DNA from: Saprolegnia diclina VS20
Taxonomy: Eukaryota
DNA: 27,575 nt
NCBI RefSeq assembly: GCF_000281045.1
Contig: NW_008246104.1
Coordinates: 346,557 to 374,131 of the forward strand
Direction: 5' to 3'
Below the pieces are notes generated by a model that did not search any database, was not told the DNA's origin, and saw only the letters and a program-made list of their open reading frames with translations. Below, in pieces: positions 1 to 18,600 of the stretch (position 1 is the stretch's first letter; the number at the start of each line of letters is the position of its first letter). A program made the translations under genes and the position numbers.

Positions 1-7785
<7,785 letters not shown>

Positions 7786-7900
7786 CATTTCGTTCCATGG
7801 AGCAAGAGTATTGTCCGTGCATGGAGCGACCCTCTTGGCAACTAGCATTGGTGGAAGCAGATCCTTGGGATTTCAAACCCGCTGCCAGCAAGCGCGCTGG

Positions 7901-7971
7901 GATTGGTCAAAAGTCAATTGCGACGACGTTTTGATTGGTCCGTGGTTCAACATTGCGTCATTTTCGAATTT
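7901..7971 (+). promoter_or_regulatory. Putative core promoter of the PWWP gene: two reverse CCAAT boxes and an oomycete-type Inr+FPR element
   Basis: GATTGGTC at 7901-7908 and 7933-7940. TCATTTTCGAATTT at 7958-7971 resembles the oomycete Inr/FPR consensus (TCATTYY-NN-AWTTY) and ends 16 nt before the ATG at 7988. Confidence 0.55.
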
Positions 7972-7987
7972 GCGCCCGACGGCCGAG

Positions 7988-10056
7988 ATGGAGGAGAGAC
8001 TGAGCTGCGTGGCGTGGGCGCTCCTTGAGGGGTACCCGTGGTGGCCCGTGTACGTCTGCGACCCGAAGAAGCTGCGACTCAAGCTCTTCAACCTCGGTAG
8101 AGGATGCTTCCATGGACGCTATGGGCTCATGAACTTCGTCGTCGTGTAGGGTCGTCGCATCAGGCCATTGCCCGGCAGGCGCGCTGCTTCCCCAACGACT
8201 TTCGCATCGTCTACTTCTTTGGCTCCTATGAATTGTACGATGACAATGAATATGGGTATAGCTCATGACAATGACTCTTGTAGCGGCAAGATGAAGACGA
8301 AGCTCGTCCGGCGCTGGGACGGCCCCGACAAGGAGAACTTTTTGCAGGGTCATCCCAAAGCGCTTGCGTCGAAGAAGGGTATTGCCGAGCAGCTCAAGGC
8401 CGCAATCGAGGAGGCCGAGGTATAAACATCCGCGAGCGATGCGCTAGGTGCCATGAAACCATAGGAGTACTTGGCGACGGACGAGAGCACGCGCCTCCTC
8501 CCGCACATGGTGCCCTCGGACATGGACCCGAGCCTCGAGCCGCCGCCGACGCCCGAGCATGTGTCGGAAGCCGAAGACGACGACGACGACGATGCTGAGG
8601 AAGGCGGTGATGCGGTCGACGCGCCCGAGGCCGACGATGGCGACATTAGCGAAGACGACAAGATGCTCAAGCAGCCTAAAAAATCCAAAAAGACGAAGGC
8701 AGATGCCAAGGCAAAGAAGGAAGCCAAGGCGAAGAAGGAGCCCAAGGCGAAGAAGGAGCCCAAGGCGAAGAAGGAGCCCAAGGAAAAGAAGGAGCCCAAG
8801 GAGAAGAAAGAGTCCAAGGAGAAGAAGGAGTCCAAGGGGAAGAAGGAGTCCAAGCCAAAGAAGGAAAACAAGCCCAAGAAGGACACAAAGAAAGACGCCG
8901 AGCCTGCGGTCATCGAGACGGAAACCACAATCGAGGTCCAGCCCGCGTCGCCGCTGAAGCGCAAGGCGTCCAACGGCTCGGAGACCGAGGTCGCCCCGAA
9001 AAAGCCCAAGGTCGACGACAGTGGCCTGGAAGCCAAGATCGACGCGGGCATTCGTCACATTCTCACGTCTATGAGCCTTGACGAGCTCACGACGCGCAAG
9101 GTGCGCACGATGCTCGAAGAGAAGTTTGGCATGAGCCTCAAAGAGCACAAAATTCTGATTCGCGACGTGATCAACCAAATCATCGCCGAGGTCGATGACC
9201 GCGTTGACGCGCCCGACGCCCCGATGGACGGGTCACCCGCCGAGCCCGTGCAAAGCGCTGAGCCTGTGCAAATGACCGAGCCCGTGCAAAGAACCGTGCC
9301 TGTGCCAGCAGTCGAGCCCGCCAAGGCAGTTGTTGCTCCGACCCCGGTGGTAGCACCGCCGACACCAGTCACCGCCGAGGCACCCAAAGCTTCTAGCAAG
9401 GCTGCTGGGCTCAGTAAGGACGCCGTGAAGAAGCTCAAGGTCATTCTCGATGACGCAAACACGTCGCATGAGATGCTGTTGGAAACCCTTATGAAGCTGT
9501 CGACGGTGCGTACCTTCTATTTTCCTCCGAGCCGCTGCCACACCCACGTCGTCTTGTGTAGGCCCTCTTGGAAGCAGACGTCTTGCGCGCGACGGGCATC
9601 CCCAAGACCGTCGCTCTTCTCCGCTCCCATGCGTACCCTCCATTGTTATACGTGCACGAACCTTACACTTTGTATGCAGAAACGAAAAGGTCGCGAGCCT
9701 CGCCAAGTCGATCCGCGATGGATGGAAGAAGGCGTATGCGAGTGGAGAGAGCTCCAGCGCATCGACCGACCCGACCGTGGCCAAGCTCACTAAGGTGGCC
9801 AAGGCACTGGACCCGTCGTCCAACAACGACGACATCATCGCGCACCTCAAGGCCCTTGGCACCATGACCTTGTCTCGAAACGAGATCACCAAGTCCAAGA
9901 TTGGGTTTGCTCTCCGCAAGCTGCGGCATTCCGAGTACGTGTCAGGCTCGCGCGACCTCTTCTTACTCGCATCACTTGTATAGGAGTGCGACGATCAAGA
10001 AGCTCGCCACGGATCTCCGAAACAAGTGGAAGAAGGAGCTGAGCGCCGAGTCATAG
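7988..10056 (+). CDS. Chromatin/transcription-elongation protein: PWWP + acidic and Lys/Glu repeat region + DEK-C + two TFIIS N-terminal (TND/Med26-like) domains, ~589 aa
   Basis: Exons 7988-8096, 8150-8234, 8284-8419, 8465-9505, 9562-9632, 9680-9934, 9984-10056 (1770 nt, in frame). PWWP: VAWALLEGYPWWPVYV...IVYFFGSYEF. DEK-C: IRHILTSMSLDELTTRKVRTMLEEKFGMSLKEHKILIRDVINQII. TND1: LLETLMKLSTALLEADVLRATGIPKTVALLRSHANEKVASLAKSIRDGWKK. TND2: IIAHLKALGTMTLSRNEITKSKIGFALRKLRHSESATIKKLATDLRNKWKK. Confidence 0.9.
8714..8890 (+). repeat. Coding 18-bp tandem repeat, ~10 units of KKE(P/S/A/N)K(A/E/G/P)
   Basis: AAGAAGGAGCCCAAGGCG-like units read directly in the sequence. Confidence 0.9.
9242..9313 (+). 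repeat. Coding 18-bp degenerate repeat, ~4 units of EPVQxx
   Basis: GAGCCCGTGCAAAGCGCT / GAGCCTGTGCAAATGACC / GAGCCCGTGCAAAGAACC / GTGCCTGTGCCAGCAGTC. Confidence 0.7.
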
Positions 10057-10088
10057 ACGCGCTCTTAATGCATGAATCGAGGGTCGTG

Positions 10089-13000
10089 TTAAAAGCACTT
10101 TGCGTGTAGCACGGCCGCGCCGTCGACGTCAAACTCGTCCGAGGTGATCCAAGACCGGTCTTTGAGCGAGCTCGCGTACATGCACGTGCCTGCAAACGTC
10201 GCGCACTCGTCCTTCCCAACCACGTCGACCACAATCAGCGACTCGAACGGACAGAGTTTCTGGATCTCTTGGTGCACGCGCGCCTTGAAGCCCGGGAGTT
10301 GGCAGGCGCCGCCCGTGCACACGACGTTGGCCAAGAGTTCGTGGTGGAGCTGGCTGTCGCTCTCGGCAAAGGCTCTTGCGAGCGCGTCATGAAGGGCCAT
10401 CTCGCACGCATTGTCTACGCATCGTACGTCGTCTGCCTCGTGTCATCGAGACATGGCGCCTACCAGGATTGAGCTTGGGTTGCCAGAGGAGCTCGGGCGC
10501 GATGAAGCGCTCGACGTCACAGTGCATCTCGAGCGTCGACCCCGAGGGTAGTCGGTACGCATACACCTCATGCAACCTACAACCGTCGAGCCTTCTTTGT
10601 CCTCACGCTTCGGTAGTAGTAACATTACGGGTGCGCCGCGGTGGTTTTGTGGGGCACGGCTTTCTGCCACACGGGTTGCGACTCGGTCGGAAGCACTTGG
10701 ACATGCGCGCGTTCAAAGCGGCCGTGCTTCTCGGCCATCGCGTCAAAGTCCTTGGCGACCATGCCTTTGGTTTCCTACATGACGCATTCCTGTGATGGAA
10801 TGATGTTGGTTGATGACGTACGAGTATCGCGCGTGCAATCTTTTGCTGGAGCCGCAAAGGAATCTTGTGGTACTCGTCGCTCTCTTGGGAAAGCAGCATC
10901 GAGACCATAAAGGCCACGAGCGCTTCGCCCCCCATCGGCATCGTAACGACGGCATGGTCCAGCTATTGCGCAAGGTCGACATGGGTACATGGACCACCCG
11001 GCGACGTACAATCATGTCTTCGTAGATGGGCACAATGTACGTGGCGTCGGCGCCGACGTCGAGGACAAGGCCCGTGCTCTTGCCGCGGGCTCGCAAGCTC
11101 ATGAGCGCATCGGTGGCCAGGAGAGCGCCTTTGACCGCGCACTTTTCAAAGAGCACGTCGGCGAGCGCCTCGCGCGACGCCTTGGCGAGCTGCGGCTTGT
11201 GCGTCACAATGACCTACACACAGAGATCAGCCAACCCATGCACAAGATGGTTGAATCCTACGTTGTAGGACGAGATGGCGTCATCAATGCCGAGACCCGT
11301 AAAGACTTGGTGGAGAAGTCCTTCGAGGTACTCGGTCGACGTGACATGGCCGTTCTGGAAGACGCGCTCTTGTTTGAGAATGCAGCGCAGCGCCGGGTCC
11401 GGGTGCTCGTACAAAAATGTCACCGCGTCTCGCCCAAGAAAGTACCCGTTCTGGCGTGAGGGTCAGCGCCAATGAGAAAGAAGGTACGGTCAACCTCGTA
11501 GCCGATGCGAACTGAGCCGGTCCCAATGTACGACGACCCTTGCAGAACTCGGTGGAGCTCGGCAGCGCCGCCTTGCGGCACAGCCACAAGCGTCTACAGC
11601 GTCCGGTATGTTAGAGCTCACATCAATATCATCCAAATAGACGTACCGGGAGCTTCAACGTGGGCACATACGAGGCTGTATCGGCGTGGAGCAAGCCTGC
11701 ATGGAGCTCCAAGGACCCAAAATGCACCACCACAACCCCTTTTCCAATGACGGGTCGTGGTACGGCAGCTACAGCGACCGCAGTGGGCTGCGTCGTCGTC
11801 GATAGCTGGGCCTGAAGTGCGGTGATGGTCTTCTTGGCGGCTTGCAGTTCGGCCCCGAGCTGCTCGTGTGATGCTTCGAGCGTCGTCAATTGCCGCGTCT
11901 TGGCAGCTTCAAGGGCCTTGAGCTCGCGTTGCGACTCTTGCAGCACGTGGAGCTGCGCATCGTGCGCCGCCGTGGCTTCGTTCTGCTCACGGCGCATGGC
12001 GTCGACTGCCGCGCGGGCCTCGGCAATCTTTTCTGGTGCGTTTGCCTCCAAACGCGTCTCAAGTTCGCGAATGGTAGCCTCAAGAGCGTCAATGCGTGCG
12101 ACATGCGCCGAGTCGACCTCAGTCTCGGCGTCGTGCGCGCGCGCTTCCAGCTCGTCCACTTGATATCGGGCTTCGTCCAGCGCGTCTTTGGTCTCTTGGT
12201 GCGCAGCTAAAAGCTCGGCCTCGGTCGCATCCCGGGCTGCGAGTTGTGTCTGAAGCGCTTCGATCTGTACTGTGAACGACTCGACCACGGCAGCGTGTGA
12301 CGCGGCGTCGGCTTCGTAGCTGCTGTGCTTTGCCTGCAATACGTGGGCCGTCTCGGCGTGGCCTTGCAACTGAGCGTGCAGTGCTGCGACCGATGCCTCC
12401 AGATCTGCGACCTCGGCCTCGTGCGCCAGCGCATTCTGCCGCAGCTCGGACGTAAGAGCATCGATCTGCGATATGTGGCGCTTCGCCTCGGCTTCTGCAG
12501 TTGCAAACGATGCGTCAAGGGACTGGGTGCGGGCTTGCAGTGTTTCGTAGTCGTCTTGCAGTGCACATTTCGCCGCCTCGATCTCGGCGACTTGGGCCAC
12601 ATACGACTCGGTGATGGCGGCGTGCGTCGCAGCCTGCTTCTCGAGCTCGTCGCGCGCAGCATTCGCCCCGGCGATGGCTGCTTCGAGCTCTTCAATACGG
12701 CGTGTAAGCGCAGCATTGGCCACATCACGTTCTTCCAGCTCTGCGAGCCAGTCGGCCTCCCGCGAGCCGTGGCCGCTCGAGAGACTTTGTAGCGACGCCG
12801 CCTTCTCTGCAAGCTCGGTTCGTAGTGCAACGACGTCACTTTCAGCCTGCTTGCGCGTGGCCACAGCGTGCTCGGCGGTCGAGACGGCCGTCGCCAGTTC
12901 GTCCGTGAGTTCGCGCACTTGGACTTCGTACGCTGCCTCAATTGCTTCGTTGCGCCGGTCGGCGTCGGTAGTCGTCGCCTCCAAACGCGCCGTCCAGTCG

Positions 13001-14888
13001 GCATCTGCCGCGTCGACGTCGCGTTGCATCCGGTTGGCGTCGGCTTCCAGCGCCCGGATGCGCTCATCGCGCTGCGCAATCGAGGCCGTGAGCTGCGCAT
13101 GGAGCCCTGCCACGTGGTCCTTCTCGACGATGATCTCATCGAGCTGGCTCTGGAGCGACGCGACGCGCGCGTCCGTGGTCGCCGTGTCGCGACTCAGATC
13201 CTCCTTCTCGTCTTGCACGCGTGTCAGCATGGCCTCGATATCACGGAGCTGCTCTACGTACGATTCGATCTCGCCATGCAAGCGCGCAATCTCCATCTCG
13301 TGCGTCAGACACGTGTGCTGCAGCGTCGCTTCCCGCATCACGTCGTGATCTTCGAGTGCGTGCACCGCGTGTTCGAGCTGCTGCCGGAGCTCGCGCACGG
13401 TCGCATCATCGGCTGGCATGGCCGGCATGGCCTGCACAAGTGTCGCATGCTCGATGATCTGCGCTTCCAGACGAGTAATCTTGTCGTGCTCGTGGGCCAA
13501 CTTTGCATCGTACTCTGCAACCAGCGCTGCGCGGTCACTCGCCGCGGATGCCATTTGCCGCTGGACGTCTTCCGAGACCTCGGCGCGCAGCTGCAGCGTG
13601 GCCAGCGTCTCTGTCATCTCGGCCATGCGACTGGTTTTGTGGCTCCACTCGGCTTGGGCGGCTTCAAACGCGTTCACTTGGAGCTGGAGGGCGCCGCAGA
13701 TACGGTTGAGATGCTCGAGCTCCTTGTCGCGACCTTGTTTTTCCAGCTCGAGCGTCGCGACATGTGCGGTCAGGTCGACAACGCGCTGCTCTGCGGATGC
13801 CATGGACGCGTGCTTGGCCTCGGTGGAGGCGACCACCTGCTTTTTGATCTCGGTCAGCGCCATCTTGTGCTCGAGGAGCTCGGTCTCGAGACCGTCGCGC
13901 TGCCGCTGGAAGGTGAGCGCCGCGTCGGCGTGCGCTTCGCATTTCTGCTTGGCCGTCGTGAGCGCCGCCGACATCTTGTCCAAATTGGTCTGGAGCACGT
14001 CCCGGTCCATGAGCGCGTCATGGCGCTCGGCCTCGAGGCGCGCGAGCTCGTCGGCGGTCATGGCGGCCGCGTCTTGGAGCGACGCGATCGTCCGCATTGC
14101 GACTGCAAGGTCCAATGCCTCGTCCACCGACATGGAATCGTGCGAATGATGGGGCAGTGTCCGTGGCGAAGCAACGGGCACAACATGCGGAGCGACCAAC
14201 GCGCGGTGGTGCGCGTCAGGCTCGTCACCAGGTGGCGGCGGCGTCTTGCACTCGGGGTTGTTGTCGACCACTGCATCGGGCTCCTTGGTCGGTGGTGCGC
14301 GAAGCATCGGGTCTCGTGGGGTCTCTGCAGCGCGTGGTGTGCGCTTGACGACCGCGTTCGTTGTTGTCGTCGGCTTGAAGGACGTTGGCACCTTGTGCGC
14401 TTGGCGTGGCGTCGGCTACGACAACCGGCTAAGGACGCGAGAGACGAGCATGTACGTACGACTTTTTTGGGCGGTGAAACGGAGCTCGGCTCGGCTGGGT
14501 GCTGCAGCGTGCCTTCCTTGTACCCGCGGCTCACGGTTTGCCGCATGTAGCTCGGGACGTTGGCCATTGTGGTCGGCGGCGACCGCATTGCCTTGCGCTC
14601 ATCGACGATGGTCGTGGACGCTCGCTTGAGCGGCTTCTTGGGCGATGGCACCGCGCGCTTGGTGACCTTTTGCGACGCCAACGCGCTTGCGACCTGCGTC
14701 GGCGTCGATGGGATCGCGATCGAGAGCGGCGCCGGCGGCGGGCGCACGCGGAACTCCTCCTTCTTGGCGCCAGCGCGCCGGACGGGGAAGTCGACCGTCT
14801 TCTTCTTCTCGGCCTTGGGGTCCTTCTTGACCTTGCTGCTGCTGCTGCTCGTCGAGCGCAGGTACGACGGGATCCCCGACGATGCCAT
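10089..14888 (-). CDS. Large coiled-coil protein with a C-terminal divergent actin-family (actin-related) domain, ~1,470 aa
   Basis: Minus-strand exons 14888-14460, 14415-11647, 11593-11495, 11450-11262, 11213-11010, 10962-10822, 10774-10629, 10576-10464, 10414-10089, all GT-AG and in frame. Actin-fold motifs in order: VVVHFGSLELHAG, VIVTHKPQLAKASREALADVLFE, ALMSLRARGKSTGLVLDVGADATYIVPIYE, MPMGGEAL, YRLPSG, ERFIAPELLWQP, NVVCTGGACQLPGFKARV, WITSDEFDVDGAAVLHAKCF*. The upstream ~800 aa are Ala/Glu/Leu heptad-rich. Confidence 0.88.
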
Positions 14889-15698
14889 GGCGAGATCGAC
14901 GGTGGTTGCGTTCACTGCGGTTATGGATCTCGGTATCCTCCGGATACAATTATCCGAACGACCGCCTCCCGCTCCCGTTCTGGCGCCAAAACGCAAAGTT
15001 GAAGCCAACGACCTGCCACCACTACTGTATCTAGTACTAGTACAGTAGTCGGTGGTGGCAGTACATCCTTTCTCATACTGATAGCTTGTCCATTGACATG
15101 CCGATATCGACTAGTAGTGTGTTTCGATTGACTAACCCGTTCAAGCTCGCATAGAAGATGTCACTGCGAAGTCCGCTTGCCTCGTGGGCACCCCCGCAGC
15201 ATGTTCCTCGCTCGCCAACGACGACGACATGAAGGTATCTTGAGGGGACATGCACCTGTCTCTAAAGCATGCGCTTGCATGGAAGCTACATGACGACCAT
15301 GAAGAAGCTTTGGCGACGGGATTCGGGCCGCCGCTTCGCAGGTCAAGAGCCGCGCTGCAGCATAACGGACGCCAGGTATAATTAGTCGGTTCCACACAGT
15401 ACTCGTGGCCGAGATGCGAGAGAGACAATTATAGTTAGTACACTCATTTCGACAGACTTGGGTTGGGAGGGTGGTGGCAGTTAGAGCCATGGACGGGCGC
15501 CAGTTCCTCGACTGTCTCGCACTGGATACCTCGGGGCAGGCGGCGAAACCTCTGGAAATGCATATCCCAATTGCCGCGCAGTGGAAAGATATTCGAACGG
15601 TTAGGTATGCGTTTTGAGAGGGATTGGAGGCGCCGGGTTTGAAAATTCCATTTTCGGGCGACCCGCGGTACGATCGGTGGCGACGACGGAGCAGCAGC

Positions 15699-18600
15699 AT
15701 GGAGGCGTCGGACCCGCGCGGAGACCTGCTCCTCATCCGCGAAGGCGAGATGGAGCGCGAGCGGCTACAGAAGGAAGCGTTCAACATGAAGCTCCGGATC
15801 AACTTTCTCGAGGAGCAGCTCCTTAAGTACAAGGAAGGTGAGAGCCAATGCGACGACTGCATGTCGTAGGATGCCATGCGCATGACGACGCTGCATGTAG
15901 GTACGGCCTTTGAAGACGAAGACTTCGAGTCCGAGAACATGCACCTCCGAACGGTCATTGAGGAGAAGGTGCAGGAGCTCGAGCGAAGGAACTTCCTCCT
16001 CGTGCGGGCGCGCGACGCGATCGAAGTACTGCGCGTCGACTTGGAGACAGCCAAGGAGAACAACCGACTCAGCGCGTCGGCCAACCACAGCCAGCTCGAA
16101 GAGTCGACGCAAGAGGCGCTGCGACTCGAGCAGGACGTGGCGCGCCTCGAGGACGAGCTACAGGCGGCCTACGCCGAAATCGACGCGCTGCGGCAAGCGA
16201 ACGAAGACCTCATGCAACGGTTTAACAATCTCGAGCTCGAGCACACGGAGAAGCTCCGCGTTGTGCAGCGCCTTGAGTCGGAGAAGGAGCGCTCAAGCGA
16301 GTCGGCGACGTGGGAGGTTCAACGGGCCAAGAACGAACTCGAGCTTGCCCACGAGGCGCAGCTCAGCAGCGAGAAGGAGCAATGGCACAAAGAGCGCAAG
16401 CAGATTGTACAGAACTGGGAGCTGAAGTTGCGGGAGAAGGAGGCCGACCTGGATCGTGCCAAGGCAACCGTCAGTGACCGCGACGACACGATCAAGGCCC
16501 TTCGGCAAGGCAAGATGGAGCTCGAGCTCGCCCTCGAGAAGACGACCAAGCAGCGCGAGGCAGACAAGGCGGATATTCTCGAGCTGCAGCAGCGCTTGCA
16601 ACGCGCAACGTCCGAGAGCGACGACAGCTACGCGCTCAGGCGGCAGTGCGACCAGTTTGAAGCCGACGTCGCAAGCCTCAAGAAGCAGCTCGACGATCAA
16701 ACTCGTCGCACCAAGGACGACGAGATGCGTCTCAACGACGAGATTGAGCGCCTCCGTGGGCAGAAGCAGCAGATGCTCGATGAAATGAGCGTCCAGACGG
16801 ACAAGGTGCGCTGGGAAACGCTCAAGAAGCTCGAAGCCGTCGAAGCGACCAACGTGACGCTGACCAGCGACGTGCAGCGTGCGACTGCCGAGATCCAGAA
16901 GCTGCAAGAGGCCCTCTTCAAGGCCCATGCGAGTGCCACTGAGTGGGAGGCCCGCGCGACGTCGACGGCATCCGAGTGGCAGGCCAAGGTCCAAGGCCTC
17001 CAGCAAGTCCAGTCCGAAGGTGCGGTCCTCGAACGCGAGCAAGCCAAAATGCAAGAGCGTCTTTCGCTGGTAACGTTTTGGCGCTGCTGTGTCGAGCCTT
17101 GTTTGAAACGCGTGATTAGGTCCAAGCCGAGCTCGCAGCCGCCAAAGACGCCGATCGGCAGCTCCGCGGCTCGTTCCAGCTGGCGCTTGCCGATATTGCC
17201 AAGAACGAAGTGCTTTTGAAAGAGCGCGAGAAGAGTCTCGAGGCCGTGATGCAAGAAAAGAAGTCCCTCGAAGCGTCTTTGAGCCAGGAAGCTACCAAGA
17301 ACAAGCAACAGCGGCAACTTCTCAAGGCCCGCATCCAAGCGCTCGAGGCCGAGCGCAGCCAGATCCACATCCAGTCCAAAGACGAGGCGCAGACGCTCGC
17401 CGTGCAGCTCGGCCACATGCACGGGCTCAAAGAGTTGGCACTCAATGGTATCGTGCGAGAGCTCACGATCCGTTGTGATAGGCACTTCACGACAAAGAGC
17501 TACGAGATGGAAGCGGCGTGGCAGCTCAAGTCGGGGCAGTACCAAGCGCGCATTGACATGCTTCAAGACCGCCTTGGTGCAGCAACCGAGAAGCTCGCGC
17601 AGCTCCAAGCCGTACAATCATCCATTGCAAAATATCGGCGTCAAGCGCGTGTCGTAGATGCGCGAGGGGTCGCAGCAACAGCGCTTTGACCAGCTTAAGT
17701 ACGAGGCCATGCAAGCCAAGTTGCGGTGGGAGCAAGAGCTGCTCCAGGCGCGCAAGGCGATCCGCGACGAGTCGGACCGCGCGGCCAAGCACGAACGTGA
17801 CGCCCGGGACGCGCAGACCCAACTGCAGCGCGTCGAGCTCGAGTTTCAACAAAAGTTTGCGCGTCTCGAGATCGAGTACCAGCGCGTCTTGCGTGACGTG
17901 GCCTCGCTGCAGGTATGCACTTCCTATGGTCTTCCTGTGGGTACCATTGACTTGATCTAGAATGTGCAGAGCAAGACCCAACCCGAGTTGCACCGAAAAG
18001 ACGAACACATTCGGCTGCTCAAGGAAGAAGTCGATCAGTCCAAGCGCGTGCAAACCGACCTCACGACTCAACTGCGCAGTGCGATCCAGGACCACGCACA
18101 GTACCGAAGTCGGATGGACGAATTGCAGAAGACCATTGCTCGGTTGCAAGAGAAGGAGCGCACGACCGAGCAGCTTGTGTGGCAGCAGTGCCAGCGCAAC
18201 GAAGCGCTCTTGGAGAAGGCGCCGCCGGCCACGACGGCGGTTGAGCCGCTCGAAAACCTCGTGCGCAAGACGCGGGAGCTCGTCGAGCACACGCGGCGCT
18301 TCCAGGAAAGGTACGCGACCGCGTGGCCGAACGTGGTCTCGGGCGCGCAAGCCATGTCGGGCTCGATGGAGCACGACTGCGGCCGGCTCCTCCGCGCCAA
18401 CAACATGCTCTGTCACAAACTCGCTCACGTACTTGTATATTTGCGATAGCATCCTGTATTTACGATTCATGTGGCGTAGGTGGCGGCCGAGTGGAAGCGC
18501 GGCCAGAGCCAGCAGCCTCCAAATGACGCGACGCCGGCACTCGCACCCCCTGCCACAGCATCGCCGTTGACGCCGCCGCCGAGCAGCGCCAGCAGGCAGC

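Noticed and set aside
8350..9178. Phe/Leu/Ser-rich 'membrane protein' ORFs on the minus strand
   Set aside because: Reverse complement of the KKEPK repeat in the PWWP gene.
10089..11745. Conventional actin gene or actin pseudogene
   Set aside because: Too divergent for conventional actin. All apparent frameshifts are resolved by canonical short introns and no in-frame stop remains, so it is not a pseudogene.
12868..14550. 560-aa + strand ORF and other long ORFs antisense to the coiled-coil exon
   Set aside because: Shadow ORFs caused by high GC3 bias. The minus-strand frame has coherent coiled-coil composition and splices into the actin domain.
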